A stretch of DNA of 23,151 nt, taken from Bdellovibrionia bacterium. Lineage in GTDB: Bacteria; Bdellovibrionota; UBA1018. The notes below the pieces were generated by a model. The model searched no databases and was not told the origin of the DNA. It worked only from the letters and a program-made list of their open reading frames with translations. The position numbers and the translations under genes were made by a program. Where the stretch lies: the NCBI GenBank assembly GCA_045805065.1, contig JBJMMA010000030.1, positions 1-23,151 on the forward strand, written 5' to 3'. Of the stretch, positions 16,509 through 23,151 are shown one piece after another. Position 1 is the stretch's first letter. Every line of letters starts with the position of its first letter.

Positions 16509-17087
16509 TTATTTCTCGTAAACGCTGACATTTCCGATCTGAGCGACCTTTTTGAAGCCATTTTTTTCAATCTGTTCGTTTGCGGTCATTTCGCTGACTT
16601 CTTGAAGGTCCACATTCGAATCCGCTGAGCAGTCAACGACTGCACCCGGCAGAACGACGCTGTAGTAGTATTTGTCCTTGGAAAAAACCCCGGTTCTCTC
16701 AGCGCTGATCAGGCAAACCTCTTTGTCAGACGCCTTGTCAGACGCAGAAGCCTTCTTGAGGACTACGATTTGGCCACCGCGGAAGGACTCCAGCAGTTGA
16801 TAACCATCGCCCTTCATTTTCGCTACGACCTCGTGTTGAAGTCCAAAAAGCTCTTCAGGCGAAGGCATCATCGTGGTCGTTTTCTTCTCGTAAACTTTGC
16901 CCTGAGTGCAGGTGGCCTTGAAGGTATAGCCTCGAACACTCGCGGTGTACTCACCATAGCAGTAGATATCACCAGGCTTCTCAGCGACGCTGGACTTTTC
17001 AGCCGCAGACGATGCCAATGGCAGCCCGGATACGAAGGCGGTTAAGGCAACGAATGAATATTTAAACAAAAGTGATGAACAACGCAT
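16509..17087 (-). CDS. Hypothetical secreted protein
   Basis: ATG 17087 gives a signal-peptide-like N-terminus (..GLPLASSA-AEK); four Cys in the mature part. Confidence 0.75.
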   Translation of the reverse strand: MRCSSLLFKYSFVALTAFVSGLPLASSAAEKSSVAEKPGDIYCYGEYTASVRGYTFKATCTQGKVYEKKTTTMMPSPEELFGLQHEVVAKMKGDGYQLLESFRGGQIVVLKKASASDKASDKEVCLISAERTGVFSKDKYYYSVVLPGAVVDCSADSNVDLQEVSEMTANEQIEKNGFKKVAQIGNVSVYEK

Positions 17088-17099
17088 GCTTGAATAAAG

Positions 17100-17115
17100 A
17101 GCAAGCCATGCGCCA
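17100..17115 (-). promoter_or_regulatory. Sigma-54 (-24/-12) promoter
   Basis: TGGCGCATGGCTTGCT with exact spacing; predicted start site within a few nt of ATG 17087. Confidence 0.65.
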
Positions 17116-17190
17116 GCACGAGTGCGCCAAAACCGACAAAATAAGCCAATATTTTCAGCATCCACGAGGAGGTCACTGTACAAGTCCTAG

Positions 17191-17670
17191 TCAGATGGAC
17201 AGGGAGTACTGAACCATGCCGGGTTTGAAGCTGAACTTCTCAAGAATCTCCCTCATGCGAGCATTGGTGAAATGAGTACTGCACTCGATGCGCGCAGCCT
17301 GATTTTCTCTGGCCCAGCGAAGACATGCTTCAGAAAGCTGAACTGCCAGGCCCTCTTTTCTAAGCTCAGGCTTCATCCAGAAAGAGTTCACCGAGCAAAA
17401 GCGTGATCCATCCGTTGGACTCGTCATCAACTTGGCCCAGATCAGTCCATCAATCGCGTCAGCATCAAGTATGTCAGAACGAGTGAGAATCCAAAATCCA
17501 TGAGGATCCTGACTGGACTGAATGCGCGCAAGAACCCCTTCCAGATATTCCTTTGAAACAAAATGAGACGGATCCCAGGCTCTGGGCATCTCATCATGAA
17601 TCTGAAGAATCCGCTGAATGATCGGGGTCTCAGAAACCTCGACCTTCACGACGCGCATCAAAGAGTCCAA
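17191..17670 (-). CDS. GNAT family N-acetyltransferase
   Basis: VNSFWMKPELRKEGLAVQL (motif A), NARMREILEKFSF (motif B). Start is TTG 17670 or ATG 17658. Confidence 0.88.
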   Translation of the reverse strand: MDSLMRVVKVEVSETPIIQRILQIHDEMPRAWDPSHFVSKEYLEGVLARIQSSQDPHGFWILTRSDILDADAIDGLIWAKLMTSPTDGSRFCSVNSFWMKPELRKEGLAVQLSEACLRWARENQAARIECSTHFTNARMREILEKFSFKPGMVQYSLSI

Positions 17671-17678
17671 AACCGGTC

Positions 17679-19289
17679 TTACTTCTGAGGCGCAGCAGCT
17701 GCTTCAGAAGCAGGCAACTCAAGACGTGGATACAATGGCTTTGGCTCCACAGGCTTGTAAGAAGGCTCACCCCACTTGAGGGCCACAAATGCGCCCTTTT
17801 GTGCAGGAGCCGCGACTCCGAGCTGACGGAAGACATCTGGCATTCCAAATGGAAGGACCGGCAGGAGTGACGTTGCCACCCAGCGGATCCCTTCAAGAAG
17901 CGTATAGAGCACTTCTTCAAGCTCAGCCAGAGACTCAGGCGTGTTGGCTTTTGCCAAGGCCCAAGGCTTGGTGCGATCGATGTAGAGATTCAAAACGCGA
18001 GAGCGTGCCGTGCAAGCCGCAGCGTATGCCGCTGGATCCTTGCGATCGAGCGCAGAACGAAGCTCATCGCCCAGCTTCTCAAAAGACGCGCGAACTTCCG
18101 CAGAATGCGTCACTTTTGATGGCATCGAGAGTGGCTTCTCTGGGAAGTACTTGCGGGTCATGCTGATCGAGCGATTGACGAGATTTCCCCAATCGTTTGA
18201 GAGATCGGCGTTGTTCTTTAGAATCAAAGCTTCCCAGGCAAAGTTTCCGTCTTGCGAGAACTGATTCTCGGCCAGGAGATAATAACGGAATGGATCCGCG
18301 CCCGTGACTGCCATGACATCGTCCGGAGCAACGATATTACCCGAGCTCTTGGACATACGATCGCCTTTGATCGAGATGTAACCGTGAGCAAAGACTTGTT
18401 GTGGCAGTGGCAGATCGAGGGCCATCAACATCGCAGGCCAGTACACGCAGTGGAAGCGCGAGATGTCTTTTCCGATGATGTGAAGCTTGGCAGGCCAGCG
18501 CGCATCAAAGAGCTTGGCTTCGGCGCTGTCAGGATTCTTGAGCTTAAACTCCATGCCTGCAGCCGTCAGATAGTTCAACAAGGCATCGAACCAGACATAG
18601 ACCACATGCTTGGGATCAAACGGAAGTTGAACGCCCCAGGTAAAATTCGAGCGAGAGATCGAGAAGTCTTTCAACCCTGCTTGGATAAAATTAACGACTT
18701 CGCCACGACGATAGTCGGGCTGCAAAAAGTCCGGACGATCTTGAAAAAGCTTCAACAAAGCGTCCTGATACTTCGAAAGCTTAAAGAAGTAGTTTTCTTC
18801 TGAAATCCATTTAGGCTTGGTCTTGTGCGCAGGGCACACGCCCTCGACGAGATCTTTTTCGGTGTAATAAGCTTCGCAGCCTTCGCAGTACCAGCCTTCA
18901 TACTTCGCCGTATAGATATCGCCCTTGTCGAAAGCCTTCTGCACGAGCTGCTGAACCACCCACTCATGATCCGGATCGGACGTACGGATGAAGCGGTCGT
19001 ACTCCATTCCCATCTGCTTAAGAACGCGGGTGATGTCTTCGGCCATCTTGTCGCAATAAGCCTTAGGGGTCAGCCCCTGGCCTTCGGCGGCGCGCTGCAC
19101 TTTAATGGAATGCTCATCCATTCCCGTTGCAAAGAAAGTCTGCCGACCCATCAATTGGAGGCCACGAACCAGCCAGTCAGCGCCCAGGCATTCCCAGGCC
19201 CAACCTACGTGAATTCGCGCATTTGGGTAAACAATGGCAGTCGTAATATAGTCGACCGAAGAACTGTTTTGATCTTTATTTTGCTGCAT
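17679..19289 (-). CDS. metG: Methionine--tRNA ligase (short form, single Zn knuckle)
   Basis: YITTAIVYPN, TGMDEH, FIRT, CEGC..CPAH, DFSISR, YVWFDAL, GKDI..FH..YWP, RMSKS, GNLVNR, KPW. No C-terminal tRNA-binding domain. Confidence 0.97.
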   Translation of the reverse strand: MQQNKDQNSSSVDYITTAIVYPNARIHVGWAWECLGADWLVRGLQLMGRQTFFATGMDEHSIKVQRAAEGQGLTPKAYCDKMAEDITRVLKQMGMEYDRFIRTSDPDHEWVVQQLVQKAFDKGDIYTAKYEGWYCEGCEAYYTEKDLVEGVCPAHKTKPKWISEENYFFKLSKYQDALLKLFQDRPDFLQPDYRRGEVVNFIQAGLKDFSISRSNFTWGVQLPFDPKHVVYVWFDALLNYLTAAGMEFKLKNPDSAEAKLFDARWPAKLHIIGKDISRFHCVYWPAMLMALDLPLPQQVFAHGYISIKGDRMSKSSGNIVAPDDVMAVTGADPFRYYLLAENQFSQDGNFAWEALILKNNADLSNDWGNLVNRSISMTRKYFPEKPLSMPSKVTHSAEVRASFEKLGDELRSALDRKDPAAYAAACTARSRVLNLYIDRTKPWALAKANTPESLAELEEVLYTLLEGIRWVATSLLPVLPFGMPDVFRQLGVAAPAQKGAFVALKWGEPSYKPVEPKPLYPRLELPASEAAAAPQK

Positions 19290-19454
19290 TGCGACATTTC
19301 CTTAACAAGCGGGTCAATAATCTCTCACTGATTCTAAGCTCTAACCCTAAGGCCGTGGCATGGGCAAGCCGATAAGCAGAAGAGATAGGCTTAAGAAGAC
19401 ATTCAGCAAATAAAGAAGATGACCAGGGCAGGCGTAGCCGGCCCGAGATTATTA

Positions 19455-20864
19455 ATGAATAAATTAGGCAAGATCGTAGTACTCAATGATAACCGGCTGT
19501 CGCGACAAAGAGCGACGGAGCTGACGCGCATTCTGAACATGTTCCGCGTCTATGCCGACGTTCGTCTTCTGGATGGAAGCCTCGACGAAGATCAATTTTT
19601 GGAGCGAATGGAAGAACACCAGGGAAGCCTTTTTCTGGTGCCTTGGTATCGCTATCTTTCCTGGAGCAAGGCCGAGGCCTTCTATGGTCTGACTCGCACA
19701 ACGGGCCCGACTATTGCGGGCTATCATTTTGGCGGAGTCAGTGTGGATGATCTCGGCACGCCCGATCATCTGAGAACCATTCTTCTGGATTTCGCAGGTC
19801 CCTCGCCTCAGGACGTCGGCCATATCGTTCGCAATTTAATGGTCGATACGGAACGAAGCGGACTTTTTGCACTCCTCGATAATAAGACCAAGAACACCAT
19901 CTATTGCGAAAACTGGATGGATCAGCAAGGGCTCGGCAATCGCATCGATGCTCTGATGAACATTCCTGAAATCGGAAAAACGGATTGGGTGTCGCGCGCC
20001 GGCTCCGTTCGGATCATTTTGAGTGCCCTCTGGAGCCTGGTCTACGAAGAAGGCCCGGGAAAGAGCGAGTTCGCTCAAGCACTCACGGCTGGGCAGGCTA
20101 AAGCCTGGTTTCAGGTGGGAGCTCACTCCAACTGCCTGGCGTTCCGCCTGGTTTACTCCATGCCGACGTGGTCGCCGAAAGACGCCCTGGGAAGCTTCTG
20201 GCCAAGTCATGAGCGTCCCAGTTCAGCAGCCCAGCTTCTTCGCCGGTACAGCGATTATCTTCGGGTTCATCGAGTCGCAGACTCACCCGATGTCGAAGTC
20301 GTTGCAGCGCTCTATCGCGCAGCTCCTGCGGATCGCTCGCCTGGAAATATTCATACGCTTTGGATTGAGCCCCTTTCCGCGCGGCTCATCCATGAAGCCC
20401 CTTACGAAAAACTCGGGCCGGATAAGCCGCATCTGAAGCCCCTGAATCTTTCGCTCCCCCCGCGCCCGGACGAAGCACAGAGCGCCGCACGCGAACAAGC
20501 GATCAACGATCTTGCACTTCAAGTCAAAGAACTCAGACGCGCCCTTCGCGAGAGAGACACTCGAATTGAAGAGCTTCGAATGGGTGGCGTGGGAGCACCT
20601 CAACCTCCTCCCGTGGACGCAGATGGTCTTCTGGATGCTTTCCTTGAGCGCTTTTACAGTGCGCACTCCAAAGCGCAGGAGCTTCAGGAGAAAGTTCGAA
20701 GTCTGAGCGAAAGTCCTTATAGCCCGAACAGAGCGCCAGAGATCGCGCAACTTGAAAAGCAGATCCAGGTACTCATGGCTAAAGAAGGCGAATGGATCAA
20801 AAAACTGGCTGATGCCCTACGCTATTATGCGGAGGATAGAAAAAAGCTGCGACCTGCAGCTTAA
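19455..20864 (+). CDS. Hypothetical protein: possible degenerate receiver-like N-terminus, C-terminal coiled coils
   Basis: Long ORF (alternative start 19419). KIVVLND strand at the N-terminus; heptad-rich INDLALQVKELRRALRERDTRIEEL and IAQLEKQIQVL. Confidence 0.75.
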   Translation: MNKLGKIVVLNDNRLSRQRATELTRILNMFRVYADVRLLDGSLDEDQFLERMEEHQGSLFLVPWYRYLSWSKAEAFYGLTRTTGPTIAGYHFGGVSVDDLGTPDHLRTILLDFAGPSPQDVGHIVRNLMVDTERSGLFALLDNKTKNTIYCENWMDQQGLGNRIDALMNIPEIGKTDWVSRAGSVRIILSALWSLVYEEGPGKSEFAQALTAGQAKAWFQVGAHSNCLAFRLVYSMPTWSPKDALGSFWPSHERPSSAAQLLRRYSDYLRVHRVADSPDVEVVAALYRAAPADRSPGNIHTLWIEPLSARLIHEAPYEKLGPDKPHLKPLNLSLPPRPDEAQSAAREQAINDLALQVKELRRALRERDTRIEELRMGGVGAPQPPPVDADGLLDAFLERFYSAHSKAQELQEKVRSLSESPYSPNRAPEIAQLEKQIQVLMAKEGEWIKKLADALRYYAEDRKKLRPAA

Positions 20865-20878
20865 GGTAATGATCGAAT

Positions 20879-21883
20879 ATGAGCATGGCCTCAGGCTTTA
20901 CCGCAACCTGCCTGCTTGAAATTCCGGAAGGCGCTCCGGCAGTCGATCTTTACTACCCGATGGGCGAAAAAAACGCGCGAAAACTCATCCGCGTTCACGC
21001 CGCAGGAACGGAGCTCCCGCAAGCTCGCCGCGCTCAGATGCTAGGTCGAGGCGTAAGAATTCTCTGGATCCGCTCCAGTGATGAGAGTGCTTTTCTGGAA
21101 AGCCTCGCACGCTCGCGCTCATCGCTTTCGCAAATCGCTCATTGCCTGCTGGATGCCTGTTTTTCGGCTGGAGATATGGCCATGTCTGAAGCCACAGTCA
21201 AAGCAGCGCTTCAGGTCATCTGCCGCTGGATCAATCGCCAGAGCACATCGATGGCAACTCCTGTTGAGGCAACTCCTGTCGGATTATCCGCCATCTGGTC
21301 CGAGCTGTCGCAGATTGCGCTCGCGTATGATCTGACTACTCACTCAGGCCGCGTTGCCACGATTGCCGTTTTGTTTGCCATGGCTTTTGAGAATACCGAT
21401 CCCCTCTTTTTGTCTGATCTTGCGGTAGCAGGCTTTCTTCATGACATTGGAAAATTGAAACTGGGAATTCCCCTGGCCTCCTCCAGCTCACAGTACGTTT
21501 CAAAAGCAGACAAGGATCTCTGGGAATCTCACCCACAGGCATCCATCGAGCTGATCGAAAAGTTCTGCCCCGAAGTCAGCGAGCGCACCAGGCTTTGGAT
21601 CATGCAGCATCATGAGCGCTTTGGTGGCGGCGGCTATCCATTGAAGCTGGAAGGTTATAAAGTCGACGACATCTCCCAGCTTCTGGCTGCGGCAGATCTG
21701 ATCGATGAATTGGCTTCGGGACGTTGGGATGAAAAATGCCGCGGCCTGAGAGGCGCTTTCGAAGCGCTGGAGAACTTCGACCGCGAGCAGACCTTTCCTC
21801 AGTACTTCAATCCGGATCTTTTCAAGACGTTGTTAGGCTGGGCCAACAGAACAAAATCGCCGGCCAAGTCCGCAGCAGCTTGA
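20879..21883 (+). CDS. HD-GYP domain protein (c-di-GMP phosphodiesterase family)
   Basis: THSGRVA, GFLHDIGK, HP, QHHERFGGGGYP, AAADLID. Confidence 0.9.
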   Translation: MSMASGFTATCLLEIPEGAPAVDLYYPMGEKNARKLIRVHAAGTELPQARRAQMLGRGVRILWIRSSDESAFLESLARSRSSLSQIAHCLLDACFSAGDMAMSEATVKAALQVICRWINRQSTSMATPVEATPVGLSAIWSELSQIALAYDLTTHSGRVATIAVLFAMAFENTDPLFLSDLAVAGFLHDIGKLKLGIPLASSSSQYVSKADKDLWESHPQASIELIEKFCPEVSERTRLWIMQHHERFGGGGYPLKLEGYKVDDISQLLAAADLIDELASGRWDEKCRGLRGAFEALENFDREQTFPQYFNPDLFKTLLGWANRTKSPAKSAAA

Positions 21884-22740
21884 AGCATGCGGTTTTGCTC
21901 TTGTGTGAGCTCAGTCTGGGCCGAGCACACGATCGCGCCTTTGCGGTTTCCAAGCCACTCGATGCGGATTTCGCTCGCCTGATCCCCTGCTGCGACGACA
22001 TCCATCCACTGAGATGCGGTGTTATCGTTCGTTGCGATACAGTCCCACACCTTCTCATCTGAATCTCTTTGAGCCAAAAACTCAAAGCGCGCGCCTCCGC
22101 AAGCCGTGCTCAGACAGGCGCAGAAAAGATGCGCCATATTGGAGTAATCGATTCCATGCTGGGCGATCCACTCCGAGAGCATGAAAACAAGACCCACGGA
22201 AGTGAGCTTGCCTCCCGGCAGACGCTGTGCGGCCCGGCGGAACAAAAGAAGCTCTGCGATCATGCGAGCCTTTTGCACAATGGAGTCGGACTGCTCGAGG
22301 CTTGTGATGACTTCGGTGCAGCCATAGGCTTTGAGCTTTTCGATGAAATTTTTGGATGGAAGCGTGCAATGAACGACCACGCGAACCTGGCCGGAGACGA
22401 TCCTGGAATTGAGCTGCTTGAGCGAAAGCAGAAGTTGAAACGCATCATCCGGATGCATGACCTCGCCAAATAGAAGCGCCGTATCAGACGAATCCGCCAA
22501 TGCCATCACCTCTTCGGCCGAAGCCGCGCGGTGAAGATGCACCGGTTGAAATCCGTCTTGAACCTGAGAAAGCAGGTCGCCCAGCGCATCATAGACCAGC
22601 GCTGCCAAAAGACCGCGTGACTGAGGCGCCTCACTTAATGTAGGCTTCCCTTGTTGATGCTGAAATTGACTCATTGCTTCACCCTGTTTTGGAGCTTCGA
22701 GTGAAATTAGGCTGACGGCGGCTTTGGTCGCTAGGGTCAT
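21799..22740 (-). CDS. Hypothetical protein (possible pseudo-receiver plus GAF-like region)
   Basis: 313-aa ORF with strong GAGGTGATC RBS upstream; 3' end overlaps the convergent HD-GYP gene. The domain guess is weak. Confidence 0.7.
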   Translation of the reverse strand: MTLATKAAVSLISLEAPKQGEAMSQFQHQQGKPTLSEAPQSRGLLAALVYDALGDLLSQVQDGFQPVHLHRAASAEEVMALADSSDTALLFGEVMHPDDAFQLLLSLKQLNSRIVSGQVRVVVHCTLPSKNFIEKLKAYGCTEVITSLEQSDSIVQKARMIAELLLFRRAAQRLPGGKLTSVGLVFMLSEWIAQHGIDYSNMAHLFCACLSTACGGARFEFLAQRDSDEKVWDCIATNDNTASQWMDVVAAGDQASEIRIEWLGNRKGAIVCSAQTELTQEQNRMLQAAADLAGDFVLLAQPNNVLKRSGLKY

Positions 22741-22842
22741 ATAGACGGATCACCTCTTGCTTCACACGTTTCGGCTGCTTGAATCTCGAACTTGATTGGG
22801 TAAAAATCGCCTACATAAACCCCATATAAACCCATATAAGCA

Positions 22843-23151
22843 ATGACCCAAAGCGCTTCACTTTATCCCTTCTCACCTGATCTCAAGCCGGAGCGCCGTT
22901 GGGGCTTTTGGATCGTCCTCGTTTTACTGACCCTCCTGATCCACTTTTTGTTCTTTCTGACCCATGTGGATTGGGGAACCCCTAAAACCCCTCCCCGGGT
23001 GGATGTCACGCAAGTGGATCCCAAAAAGCTTGAGGAGATCCGGAAGCGTTGGCGGGAGCAGGATAAATCCCTTCTCCTGAACAAGAACCAGCCTCGCGCT
23101 GAAAAGGCTCCGGACGACGCGCGCTATATGTCGGACCGGAATATCCATGTC
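22843..23151 (+). CDS. TonB-family energy transducer-like protein, N-terminal part (runs off the window; not in ORF track)
   Basis: Manual translation: MTQSASLYPF..WGFWIVLVLLTLLIHFLFFL..APDDARYMSDRNIHV. Single TM with TxxxH, like the TonB SxxxH anchor. Confidence 0.7.
   Translation, partial: MTQSASLYPFSPDLKPERRWGFWIVLVLLTLLIHFLFFLTHVDWGTPKTPPRVDVTQVDPKKLEEIRKRWREQDKSLLLNKNQPRAEKAPDDARYMSDRNIHV

Noticed and set aside
22863..23148. Two short minus-strand ORFs
   Set aside because: Shadows of the plus-strand TonB-like gene starting at 22843.

Overview
Chromosomal window from a bacterium that is probably in Bdellovibrionota/Oligoflexia. This is inferred from a TIGR02147/DUF4423 HTH gene coupled to a 'GxDxGGG' secreted protein, many orphan secreted or lipoproteins, and HD-GYP and sigma-54 signalling genes. 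Recognisable genes are rsmD (partial), a histidine kinase/NtrC-family pair, a VOC glyoxalase, a GNAT, metG, an HD-GYP protein, a ChaN-like protein and a partial TonB-like gene. There is no CRISPR array, tRNA, rRNA or transposase. Two observations stand out. (1) A ~300-nt non-coding element at 12013-12315 has retron msr-msd-like architecture: 42-bp outer inverted repeats, a ~50-bp Y-topped hairpin and a ~65-nt multi-stem segment that folds best on the opposite strand, but there is no reverse transcriptase in the window. (2) A ~940-aa protein follows the motif order of type IIG/TaqI-like N6-adenine methyltransferases, but its SAM-binding and NPPY catalytic motifs appear to be lost. Smaller points are a secreted-protein gene split by one in-frame TAA, an RBS-sequestering hairpin between tandem lipoprotein paralogues, sigma-54 and leaderless promoters, and a MetRS with HVGW in place of HIGH. 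All family calls are by eye; no searches were run.
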